DNA of 64,000 bases, from positions 58,342,001-58,406,000 of the forward strand of contig NC_043010.1 in the NCBI RefSeq assembly GCF_006345805.1. Reading direction: 5' to 3'. The stretch comes from Octopus sinensis. Its lineage: Eukaryota. Both the position numbers and the translations under genes were made by a program. Of the stretch, positions 1 through 11,345 are shown piece after piece (position 1 is the first letter of the stretch; each line of letters begins with the position of its first letter). The notes beneath the pieces are model-generated. The model saw only the letters and a program-made list of their open reading frames with translations, was not told where the DNA came from and ran no database searches.

Positions 1-141
1 GGCATGTACACACAGACACAAACAGTCCCAAACAAAAAATGTACACATACATACATATACACACAGCCACACATAGAGGGAGACATACATACACATACAT
101 GCAGGTATAGATAGGCATAGACACAATTATCTCTATACCAT

Positions 142-512
142 GTGCCTTCATCATCATCATCATCATCTCCACCATCGTCCTTCTACTCTTCCCATCATCC
201 TCAACGTCATGACTACCACTACTACTATCAAACCACTACTACCATGATGATGGTAGGGATGGTGGTGGTGGTGATGACGATGACAATGATCCTCATCATC
301 GTCATAATTATCATCATCACCACTGCTGCTACCACCGCAGTCTCCACTGCCACCACCACCACCACCATCATTACTGCGATCATCATCCTCATCATCATCC
401 ATAATCATCATCTCCGACATCACTATCATCATCATTATCACCACCACCACCACAACTACCACCATCACACCACAACCATCACCATCATCACCAACTGCAG
501 CAGCAGCAGCTG
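142..512. repeat. Low-complexity (CAT/CAC)n trinucleotide tract
   Basis: Degenerate CAT/CAC/GAT triplets; ORFs are poly-H/T/I artefacts. Confidence 0.9.
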
Positions 513-876
513 GTAATCGGTACCAATGTACCGTTTCTTCCTAGATCAGCAGAATCAGAGAATGTAGCAGACGCTGCTGGTGCCGACCAGACAATATATA
601 CACACCCACAGCTACTCTTGTTCTAGAGACCAGCTTCCAACATTCATTTTAGCTTCAATGGACACATCTATGGATAAACATGTTGCAGCTTCTTGTCTTT
701 CTTTCTTTTTTATTAAAATTTACACTGGTCAATACAGCCTTCTTTCATTAAGACAATAAAGTATGGTGGGAGGCAGATTTAGCTGTTATTTCTAACAGCT
801 CTTGCTGCCATTTAGAATTCTCCTTATGCTGTGTCTATATATATGTATATATATATATATAAATATTTATATATAT

Positions 877-1254
877 TCTTTTACTTGTTTCAGTCATTTG
901 TGTGGCCATGTTGGAGCACCGCCTTCAGTCAAACAAATCAACCCCAGGAATTATTCTTTGTAAGCTTGGTACTTATTCTGTCGGTCTATTTTGCCCAACC
1001 ACTAAGTTAAAGAGGACATAAACACACCAACATTTGTTGTCAAGCGATGGTGGGAGGACAAACACGGACACAAACACACACATATGTATATATATACACA
1101 AGGCTTCTTTCAGTTTCCGTCTACCAAATCCACTCACAAGGCTTTGGTTGGCCCAAGGCTATACTAGTAGACATTTGCCCAAGGGGCCACACAGTGGGAC
1201 TGAACCCAGAACAATATGGTTGGTAAGCAAGCTATTTACCACACAACCACTCCT
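877..1254 (-). mobile_element. tRNA-derived SINE, family A (CORE-like body, internal microsatellite, CR1-like tail)
   Basis: Reverse complement of the copies at 10947, 51145 and 63735; A/B-box-like head; tail GGTGCTCCAACATGGCCA..GACTGAAACAAGTAAAAGA. Confidence 0.85.
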
Positions 1255-1439
1255 AAGAAAACAGGACATGATTTGAGGGTGACTTGGCTGTTTTTTCTAA
1301 TAGGTCTAGGTCCCATTGAACCTCATTGGTTCACACATAAACACATTATCTTTTATCCTTTGTTTTTATTTGCTTCAGTCATTGGTGCACGGCCATAATG
1401 GAGCACTGACTTTAAGGGTTTAGTCAAGCATATTGACAA

Positions 1440-1828
1440 ACCACTAAGTTACTACCTCTAGTTTAACTCTCTGGCAGTTGATGGAGTCTATTTTCTGTAA
1501 ATTTTCAGTGTCTATTGCCCCTGTGCACCTTCCACACTCAAAACTATTTTCCCAGTTAACCTTCCTCTGATATTGCTGCACCTCTTATGTGTCCATAGTT
1601 TGCCCTGAGTACATCTTATGGAGTTTCTACCAATGCCTTTCCTACAGACCGAGTAGGGCCACCTACATGAAGGGATTTGTAATTTGTCTGCTCTCCTACT
1701 TACTAAAATTTTGGTTTTTTTCTAGATTAACTCTAAGGCTCTTTGATTCTAGACCTTGCCTCCATGACTGAAATTTCTGCTCTAGTTCAGAACAAGATCA
1801 TCAGCATAGAGAGCTCCTAGGGGCAGTA
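1440..1828 (-). mobile_element. Decayed RTE LINE ORF2 fragment
   Basis: Diverged match to 2750-3180 (RT end and Cys-rich segment). Confidence 0.7.
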
Positions 1829-1851
1829 GATATATACACACACACATATAT

Positions 1852-2241
1852 ATGCTGTGCTTGAGAAAACCTGGTAAGCAGAGTGAGATCGTAATTGTGG
1901 CCTATGCCAGTGCTGCATAACCAGCCCATCTAAGAGCACCCTTCAATCAGTGGGCAATAGACTGTGCTTGTAAAGACCTGTTGAGTCAGGTGAAGTCATT
2001 GTCATGGTCAATAACAGTACCACCTGATTGGCATCCATGCTGGTGGCACATAAAAAGTATTATTCAAGCATGGTTGATGCCAGTACCACCTGACTGGTCC
2101 CATGCCAGTGGCACGTAAAAAGCACCCACTACCCTCTCAGCATTGTTAGGGCATCCAGCTATAGAAACTTTGCCAGATCAGATTGGAGCCTGGTGCAGCC
2201 TTCTGGCTAGCCAGCCCTCAGTCAAAGTGCCCAACCCATGC
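1852..2241 (+). mobile_element. RTE LINE ORF end plus 3'UTR
   Basis: Starts at ORF-terminal AVLEKT-like codons; GGTGGCACGTAAAAAGCACC repeats; GGGCATCCAGCT..CCAACCCATGC motif shared with many copies. Confidence 0.75.
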
Positions 2242-2249
2242 GATCCATG

Positions 2250-3860
2250 AACTCACTTCATTTGTCGGGTTCACAGTCACAGCATATCTCCAGAGGTCAT
2301 GGTCTTTTGTTATTGTATCTGTGAGGCCCAACATTCGAAGGTCACGCTTGACCACCTCATCCCATGTTTTCCTGGGTCTACCTCTACCCCGTATTCCTTC
2401 AACTGCTTGGGAGTGGCACTTCTTCACTCATATTTCCTCATCCATCCGTAGTACATGATCATACCAGTGCAAACGTCTCTCTTGCACGCCACAGCCAATG
2501 CTTCTTATGTCCAACATTTCTCTCAGGGTGCTTACACTCTGTTGTGTGGGCACACTGAGATTACACATCTAGCAGATCATGCTAGCTTCATTTCTTTTGA
2601 GCCTACGCATGTCCCCGCACACATGCGTCGTACAATCTACCTTTCAATCTGAGCGTGAGACCCTTTGTCACCAGTAGGGGTAGAAGCTTTCTAAACTTTG
2701 CCCAGGCTATTCTTATTTTAGTGGTAACACTCTCTGAGCATCCATCCCCACTACTAACTTGGTCACCTAGGTAGTGGAAGCTATCAACTACTTCTAGTTT
2801 CTCCCCCTGGAGTGTGATGGAATCTGTTTTCTGAGTATCTGTGGTATCTATTGCCCCTATGCATCTGCCGCACATGAAAGCTATCTCCTCAGTTAATTCT
2901 CCTTTGATGTTGCTGCACCTCTTATGTGTCCATAGCTTACACTGGATACATCTTATGGAGTTTCTACCTACACCTTTTCTACAGATCGAGCAGGGCCACC
3001 TACCTGAGGATGTGTGTAGTGAGTTCGCCTTCCTACTTACTATAACTTTGGTCTTTGCTACATTGACTCTAAGGTCTTTTGATTCTAAACCTAGCTTCCA
3101 CAACCGAAATTTCTTTTCTAGTTCCGGTGCTGATTCTGCTATGAGGGCCAGGTTATCAGCATAGAGGAGCTCCAAGGGGCAACCCGTCTTGAATTACTTT
3201 GTTATTGCCTGGAGGACTATGATGAATAAAAGGGGACTAAGGGCTGAGCCTTGGTGGACCCCTACTTCTACCCGGAATTCTTCACTATACTCATTGCCAA
3301 TCCTAACCTTACTAACAGCCTCTCTGTAAAGGGCCTGTACAGCCCTTATTAACCATTCGTTAATCTCCAGTTTTCGCATCACCCACCAGATAAGGGATCA
3401 GGGGACCCTGTCAAAGGCTTTCTCCAAGTCCACAAAAGCTAAGTATAGGGGTTTATCTATGGTTAGGTATTTCTCCTGCAGTTGTTGAACCAGGAATATG
3501 GCATCAGTGGTGCTTCTACCCAGCACAAAACCGAACTGCATCTCATCTAAGCAGAGTCTCTCCCTAATGAGATGGGCTATGGCTCTCTCCATGACCTTCA
3601 TCACCTGATCCAGCAGTTTAATACCCCTGTAGTTATTTCTATCTAGAGCATCACCTTTACCCTTGTAGCAGTTGACCATGATGATGCTACGCCAGTCATT
3701 GGGTATGACTCCATTATGAACTACCTGGTTTACAATGGGGGTGACTAGGCTATAGCCCACACCACTAGATGTTTTAAGCATCTCAGCAGTGATTCCTGAT
3801 GGGCCAGGCGCTTTTCCTGGCTTCATACCCTTAATTGCTTTATCTACTAGGGAGCTGTCC
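2250..3860 (-). pseudogene. RTE-clade LINE ORF2 relic (reverse transcriptase and C-terminus), frameshifted
   Basis: ORF pieces 3398-3886 (KAPGPSG, NYRGIKLL, QFGF, FVDLEKAFDRVP), 3194-3382 (GVHQGSALSPLLF), 2603-3175 (LLYADNL, FHYLGD), 2218-2427 (RGRGRPRKTW). Confidence 0.92.
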
Positions 3861-4100
3861 ATATATATATATATATACACACACACTTCGATGATGGTTT
3901 AACTGTATAAAACTTTGAAGTCACTGTCAACAATATTCTTATTTTAGAATAATAGATTTGTACTCTACAAAGTATAGTGACCCATTAGATTATTGTAAAA
4001 TCTTTTTTCTTGTATGTGGTAAAATCTGTGTTGTATCTGTATATAAAAACAAACATTAATACACAAACACACATACATACATGCATATATATATATATAT

Positions 4101-4188
4101 ACCGGAGTAAACACATAAATGTGAAACAAGGTGGAAAAAAGAGTACTCAAATACCAGGGGTAGAGTAATTCTGCTGCTTTTAAATAAA
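4101..4188 (+). repeat. Dispersed repeat fragment, same family as 53030-53103 (possible Penelope pLTR remnant)
   Basis: ACCGGAGTAAACACATAAATGTGAAACAAGGTGGA matches the reverse complement of 53030-53103. Confidence 0.6.
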
Positions 4189-4190
4189 GT

Positions 4191-4264
4191 ATCATCATCA
4201 TCATCGTTTAACGTCCGTTCTCCATGCTAGCATGGGTTGGACGGTTCGACCGGGGATCTGGGAA

Positions 4265-4265
<1 letters not shown>
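4191..4265 (-). mobile_element. RTE 3' terminal fragment with (GAT)n tail
   Basis: (CAT)n-CGTTTAACGTCCGTTCTCCATGCTAGCATGGGTTGGACGG. Confidence 0.8.
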
Positions 4266-4303
<38 letters not shown>

Positions 4304-4829
4304 TTTATATGTTGTTTGTCAGCACGTAAGACAAAATTTTAAACAACATCATTTCTTCCCTGTTTGTATGTTCTGAAATTGGTAGAGCACTGAACAAAAT
4401 GCCATTTGTGATATTTGGTGAGTGATAGTCATTAATGTTCATAACTGGAATTGAAGCCCTGCCAGAATCAATTTTGCCTTTTAGTGTTTTTTTTTTTCCG
4501 TGACTTCTTCAGAGGAGAAGTGGGGAATCACTCTTAAATGGTTTTTAGGACTGACATGACTGGTGAGAAAGGGATATCATGAGACCGGGGTAGACACCAG
4601 GTCAGGTATTACCTGTTATGCCAAACGATATTGTTAAACCAGGCAATACATTAAGTCCTCCACCCAGCATTTACCTGGGTGGCTTTCAATGAATACATCA
4701 CTGATACTAGGATTAATCTAACACCCTATTCCTAACAATAAATCCTAGGGTATGGTACCATATGAGACAGCCTGTCCTAGACATGTCTCACCTCAACCAT
4801 GCCCTTGTAGGAAGTAAAAGAAATTAATA

Positions 4830-5250
4830 ATTATTATTATTATTACCCTAGTGCTTTCTGATTTAATTAACAGGAATTTTATCTTGAGGATTGGTGACTA
4901 CAAGGCACTTCAAATCTCAAGAATCTTCATTAGGATTCTTGCAGAATGTAAGATGGTACTTTTCTGGAGGTCAACAATGCGAGTTTCAATTTCACTCTTC
5001 CTCTGTCTTTTAAGGAACAATTTTGGTTTTGTGCCAAATGCACCAATCACTACAGAAATGATAAACGTCTTGGCCTTCCACAATCTCCTCATCTTTCTGT
5101 CTAGATCCTGGTATTTCTCAATTTTTCTGGTATCAACTCTACTATCACAAGGAATTGCAAAATCCATAATCTTACACTGTTTGTTTACTTTGTCCTTTAT
5201 GACCATATTTGGTTTTCTTGCTTCCATAGTATGGTAAGTCTTTTCCATTT
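4830..5250 (-). mobile_element. RLE-type non-LTR retrotransposon 3' end (R4/Dong-like restriction-like endonuclease)
   Basis: ORF 4910-5248: KPNMVIKDK..C.IMDFAIP.D..KIEKYQDL..LW..VVIGAFG; (TAA)n-type tail. Confidence 0.8.
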
Positions 5251-5384
5251 CTTGCCGAGTGTCTTCCTAACTTCTTCTTCTTATTATTGTCAATAAAATA
5301 ATTACAAATTGGACACTGAGATCTATGTAATTGACTCATCTCCTCCCCCAAAACTGCTGCCCTTGTAGTAAAAATTGAAACCAT

Positions 5385-6120
5385 TATTGTTGTTGTTGTT
5401 ATTATTATTATAATCATACCCAACACACTCAGCTAGTTACTAGGGGTGTCGTTAATATACCAGTTGTTCACCTCCTGTGAACTGAGGTGGTATTTTCTTT
5501 TCAAGTCCCAAGAACTTTACAGAAATTCCTTGTACAGCTAAGTAATGCTCTATTTTCATTTTTATTCCTATCATTTCCAACCAATTTTTAATTTCTTTGT
5601 TCACTGCTCTACTCAAGCACAACAATTATTGGAACAATGTACTTATTTTCATTTCTCTCCTCAGAGCTTCTTTCGTTTTGTGTCAGTTTTTCTCATTCTT
5701 TCCCAAAAATTCTGCTCTCATCAGGGCAAGGGATGTTTATGTTCAGACATGACTCTTTTCTTTGTCTTCCTGTACAATATTGGGTTTCTGATATTTGATT
5801 CTCTGACCACACTGGATTATCATTTCCTTGCTCTTTGCAATCCAAACTTATTCCATAGTTCCTAGTTGACCATTTTGGTGACACTGTCATACCTTCTTTT
5901 CTATTCTCTCTGGGACAATTTGCTGCATTCACTTAAAATATGCAACATTGTCTCTCCAGTTTCACCACACTTTCTGCAGATTCTGTGGAAGGGTCAGTTT
6001 TGTACTTGATGCAGTTTGTTCTTAACATTTTTCCCCTGCTGCAGACATCAAGGTCTCCATCTTAGGTTTCTTTTTTTGCTTAACCCCTAACCACCCTTTA
6101 TCAGGGTCAATGTCCTTTGC
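5385..6120 (-). mobile_element. Second decayed RLE-type LINE fragment
   Basis: Minus-strand reading GETMLHILSECSKL resembles the CCHC knuckle upstream of RLE domains; AAT/AAC tail. Confidence 0.5.
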
Positions 6121-7828
6121 TATCTTTCTCAACAACTCACTATGCATCACCTTATTCTTCCACTTTGTTTTTGCCTCTTTTTTATAATTTTTTTAATCCT
6201 GTCTCTCTTCCGTATTTAAGAGACCAGCTTTCATTTCTTGCACAAATAATACCATTTTTTGCATTCTTTTTATACCAAGCAACATTGTTTCCTTCTTTCC
6301 TTTCATTATGACTCTCCCCAGACACAACAAAATATTCTTTCCCTTTATCTAAATACAATCTTTGCAGCATATCAACCCCTTCCCGCCTCTCTCTCTCTCC
6401 TAAGATGTCTCCTGTCAACAACATTTCTCTGTTCGAATTTACTGTGTATTGTAAGTAGTTTGCTTGTTTTCTCATCCAATGACTGTGGTTCCTCACTTTT
6501 GCCATCATATCACAACCCATGCCAGCATGGACAATGATGATGATAATGATGATCACTTCTGCTGCACATCTCAAGACAGCGATCGCCCATGAATTTATAG
6601 CTTAAAACTTATTTCTTCCACTATTATTGTTGTTGTCTTCATCATCATCATCACAAACCAGTGAGAAATATATTTCCTGTATCTGCTTCCTTGGTATTAG
6701 ATGCCTTTCACCCCCACCCCACTGGCATCAATGAAAATACAGGGCCAATCAAGACTTGTTTGAAATTTGGCCAAAATGCCTTGTGGTATTTGTCCTGGCC
6801 CTTTATGCTTCAGTGATAACACTGATACCAAGTTATGATGTCCCTACCTTGCAGAAGGGACACTTGTTTCATGGGTTATGTCTAAACACCTTCCCCAAGA
6901 CTACGACTTGGAGAAGAACTTCCCATCTTCACATACAAAGCCAGCCTCAACTGACAAAAACCTATCAACTCACCAAACCCTGAGTCTTTGGAACCCTTTC
7001 TGCAACATTCCTATTTAGCTCAGCCCATTTGATTGTCAGCCAGGGAGAGGTAGGTGGGCAGGTAAGTGGGTAGGTAATCAGAAAGGTAGGCAGGTAGGTA
7101 GGAAGAGCTGCCTTTAAGTGTGGGCATGAACAAAAATTCCCGGTAGTTTCCATATTTCGAAAGGTTTCTTCATCAAAATAAAAGACACTGCAAATAAGAG
7201 GCACCAATTGCTCCCACTGACGGCAAACAAAGGGGTGGAGGTGACAAGTAAATATATATTTTGCCTCGTTAATTTACTCCCAAAACCCTGCTATAAGCTA
7301 GTATAAATGCTGATTGATATACCAGTAATACGCTCAGTTTATCAAAGAATAAAAACCTGCAATAAACCTGCTTATTTTGCGCTAACAATAGAATCGATAG
7401 ATTTTGGTCAGACAATGGCATGTGCCTAGGACTGGCATCCATTCACACCCATAGAGTCACATGGTAAATAGCAACACCAACACAACCACCATAACCACTG
7501 CCACCACCTTGTTATCTCTCTCTTTCTCTCTCAGACACACAGACAGCTGTGAGGTGGAATGTAATGTTAGTGCTTGTTGTATTTTTGGTGTAGTTTTTTT
7601 TTTTTATTTTATTATCTTATTTTGGGTAATAAATTTTTTCTCCCTCTTTTTTTCTTTTTGCTAATTTTTCTCCATTTTCCTTGTTACAACTGATGTAAAG
7701 TAACGATCGCAGTTATTCAGTTATTTATTTATTTATTTATTTTACCTTTAACATCGACGCAGGTTAACACAAAATAAAATTGGTGTTTATTTTTAATTAC
7801 CATTATCACAACTTCCACCATCACCACC

Positions 7829-7865
<37 letters not shown>

Positions 7866-7950
7866 TATAATACACAAGCACATACACATAACAGTTTATC
7901 AAAGATATTCACATTGTATGTGTGTATGTATGTATATATCTATCTATCTA

Positions 7951-8030
<80 letters not shown>

Positions 8031-8188
8031 ACGAAAGGTAGGTAGTTAGATAGATAGATAAATAAATATACATAATAATTCATTAACAAGTCTATAGTAG
8101 AACTCTACCATTATGTAAATGAGGTTTGTCACACACAATGTAGTTTACATTCTTAAGTAGATTTAGACTAGTACTGTGTGAAAAAGAA

Positions 8189-8243
8189 GAGGACATAACT
8201 GATGAGCCTTTAATGAGAGAGGAAACAGATCAGTTTTATCCTC
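8189..8243 (+). ncRNA. Decayed minimal type I hammerhead ribozyme motif
   Basis: GAGGACATAA-CTGATGA(8199)-..-GAAAC(8222)-AGATCA-GTT-TTATCCTC; stem I arms complementary apart from a 2-nt gap. Confidence 0.5.
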
Positions 8244-8520
8244 AGTGCCATATGGTTAATCCATGGGCTGTAATTTCACACAGATGTTAAATACATGGTT
8301 GTTAAACATCTTAATACAATTATGTATACATATACGATGCATGCAGATAGACATAAATGTTCACATATAAATGCATTAGCATATATGAGTTTGTGTGTGT
8401 GTGTGGATATGTGTGTGTTTGAGTCTATGTGTATGAGTATGTGTGTGCATGTATATATTTTTATATACATATATATATATGGATAAACGATAAGTAAATA
8501 TTGACGTACGTACATATATA

Positions 8521-9787
8521 TCATCATCATCATCGTTTAGCGTCCGCTTTCCATGCTAGCATGGGTTGGACGGGTCAACTGGGGTCTGTGAAGCTGGAAG
8601 GCTTCGTCAGGCCCAGTCAGATCTGGCAGTGTTTCTACGGCTGGATGCCCTTCCTAACGCCAACCACTCCGCGAGTGTAGTGGGTGTTTTTTACGTGCCA
8701 CCTACACAGGTGCCAGACAGAGCTGGCGAACGGCCACGAACGGATGGTGCTTTTACGTGTCACCGGCACGGGGCCAGGCGATGCTGGCAACGGACACGAA
8801 CGGATGGTGCTTTTACGTGCCACCGACACGGGGCCAGACAGAGCTGGCAACCGGCCACGAACGGACGGTGCTTTTACGTGTCACCGGCACGGGGGCCAGC
8901 CGAGGCTGGCAACGGACGCGAACGGATGGTGCTTTTACGTGCCACCGACACGGTTGCCAGACAGAGCTGGCAAACGGCCACGAGCGGACGGTGCTTTTAC
9001 GTGTCACCGGCACGGGGGCCAGCCGAGGCTGGCAACGGACATGGACGGATGGTGCTTTTACGTGCCACCGACACGGGGCCAGACAGAGCTGGCAAACGGC
9101 CACGAACGGATGGTGCTTTTATGTGCCACCGACCCGGGGCCAGACAGAGCTGGCAAACGGCCATGAACGGACGGTGCTTTTATGTGTCACCGGCACGGGG
9201 CCAGGCGAGGCTGGCAACGAACACGAACGGATGGTGCTTTTACGTGCCACCGACACGGGGCCAGGCAGAGCTGGCAAACGGCCATGAGCGAATGGTGCTT
9301 TTACGTATCACCGGCACGGGTGCCAGACGAGGCTGACAGCGGACATGAACGGATGGGTCACTTAACCCCTGCTTTCTGATATATGATTTGATTTTGATTG
9401 TTCTCACTGGTCTTGCCGGGTCTTCTCACGCACAGCATACTTCCATAGGTCTCGGTCTCTGGTCATTTCCTTGGTGAGACCTAGAGTTCGAAGGTCGTGC
9501 TTCACCACCTCGACCCAGGTTTTCCTGGGTCTACCTCTTCCACAGGTCCCCTCAACTGCCAGGGTGTGGCACTTTTTCACACACCTATCTTCATCCATTC
9601 TCACCACATGACCATACCAGTGCAATCGTCTCTCTTGCACACAACATCTGATTCCTCTTAGGTCCAACTTTTCTCTCAAGGTACTTACACTCTGTCGACT
9701 ATGAACACTGACATTACACATCCAACGGAGCATACTAGCTTCATTTCTCGCGAGCTTACGCATGTCCTCAGCAGTCACGGCCCATGT
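8521..9787 (-). mobile_element. 5'-truncated RTE LINE: ORF2 C-terminus, repeat-expanded 3'UTR, (GAT)n tail
   Basis: ORF 9404-9778 (RNEASMLRWMC..RRLHWYGHVVRM..GRGRPRKTW); CpG-rich, so relatively young. Confidence 0.92.
8683..9355. repeat. ~61-bp GC-rich tandem repeat, about 11 units, inside the RTE 3'UTR
   Basis: GGTGCTTTTACGTG recurs every 60-63 bp; two unit types alternate. Confidence 0.9.
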
Positions 9788-10046
9788 TATATTTCGTTAT
9801 ATAGTTATATTTCGGAATGGTCATTTTGCCAGTTTAGCCAATATAACAATATCTGTTTCAACACACGACTTCACATAAAAAATCTTGCACAACAATTATT
9901 TAAACGTACTATATATATATATATACACACACACACATACATATACACAAATACATCATACATACACACACACAGAAGAAGAAGAAAAAGAGAATGGAGA
10001 TTGGGAAGTTATTAATTGTTTATTATTAACAGCAAATTAATCATCA

Positions 10047-10132
10047 TCCCTTACAGCTGTTTCAATTAATACTCAGTAAATATTAAGTAAATATTAAACT
10101 CATATGACCTGAGCAAAATATCTTCAGAAGGA
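10047..10132 (-). ncRNA. Minimal hammerhead ribozyme motif (Penelope-type), best-formed copy
   Basis: Minus strand: TCCTT-CTGAAGA-(GCTCAG..CTGAGT stem II)-GAAAC-AGCT-GTA-AGGGA; 5-bp stem I and palindromic stem III ACAGCTGT; base of stem II unpaired. Confidence 0.6.
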
Positions 10133-10234
10133 AAAGAATATTCCCTTAAATGTTTTATATGTGTTTATCTATTCATTATAGCAGACTATAAATATATACT
10201 TATATGCTCATATATACAAATAGATGCTTATTTA

Positions 10235-10940
10235 GTCAACTGCAACAGGATGAAAGACAAAGTCAATCTGGACAGAATTTGAACCCAGAACCCAAAGACA
10301 GACAGAATGTTGCTAAGCATTTTGCCTTGTATGCTAACAATTCTCCCAGTTTGCTGCCTGATAAATAATAATAATAAACCATATCCATTTAATTGTTTGT
10401 GTTGTATTACATGAAAATGTTTCGATACCTCCCCTCCTCAAGCTTTCAGACATATTGTAATATTTCTTATCCTTCACTCGCCCCAGGATGCTGGTTGTGT
10501 CTCAGCAAGTGACTGTAACAAAGATGTAGATTATAAGTAAAAATAATAATCCTTTCTATAATAGGCACATGGCCTGGAATTTTGGGGTATGGGACTACTT
10601 GATTATTGACTCCAGTGTTCAAGTGGTATTTAATTTATTGACCCCAAAACAATGAAAGGAAAAGTCAAACTCAGTGGAATTTGAACTCAGAACGCAGCGG
10701 CAGATGAGATATCATTAAGCATTTTCCCTAGCATGCTAATAATTCTGCCAGCTCAACACCTTAATAATGATGATAATAATTCTAAATTTTGGCACAAGGC
10801 CTGCAATATTGGGGGCATGTGTAAGTCAATTACATCAACCCCAGTGTGTAACTGGTACTTATTCTACAGATCCCAAAAGGATGAAAAGCAAAGTGAACCT
10901 GAGCAGAATTTGAACTCAAAACAAAGACAATTGAAATGCC
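10235..10940 (-). mobile_element. Cluster of three tRNA-derived SINE family B copies
   Basis: Repeated GACCCCAAAAGGATGAAAGGCAAAGTC..GAATTTGAACTCAGAAC..CTAAGCATTT motif separated by (AAT)n. Confidence 0.8.
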
Positions 10941-10946
10941 GCTATA

Positions 10947-11345
10947 GGCGTAGGAGTGGCTGTGTGGTAAGTAGCTTGCTTACCAACCACATGGTTCCGG
11001 GTTCAGTCCCACTGCATGGCACCTTGGGCAGGTGTTTTCTACTATAGCCTCGGGCCGACCAAAGCCTTGTGAGTGGATTTGGTAGACGGAAACTGAAAGA
11101 AGCTCATCGCATATATGTATATATATATATGTACATGTGTATATGTTTGTGTGTCTGTGTTTGTCTCTCCAACATTGCTTGTCAACCGATGCTGGTGTGT
11201 TTACGTCCCCGTAACTTAGCAGTTTGGCAAAAGAGACCGATAGAATAAGTCCTAGGCTTAAAAAGAATAATTCCTGGGGGCGATTTGCTCAACTAAATGT
11301 GGTGCTCCAGCATGGCCACAGTCAAATGACTGAAGTAAGTAAAAG
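10947..11345 (+). mobile_element. SINE family A, full length
   Basis: A-box TGGCTGTGTGG, B-box GGTTCAGTCCC, CORE-like GGCACCTTGGGCAGGTG, internal (TA/TG)n, tail GGTGCTCCAGCATGGCCACAGTCAAATGACTGAA. Confidence 0.88.

Noticed and set aside
142-516. His/Thr-rich or membrane protein ORF
   Set aside because: Trinucleotide low complexity with no splice or homology support
530-670. Minus-strand coding exon
   Set aside because: Weak donor (ACG|GTACAT) and stops in all frames from the best acceptor
1852-3860. Single RTE with an inverted 3'UTR
   Set aside because: Both parts contain the ORF-end segment with clearly different sequence, so two independent copies are more likely
8566-9379. Long overlapping ORFs as a repeat protein
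   Set aside because: They arise from the GC-rich tandem repeat in an RTE 3'UTR and are open in several frames
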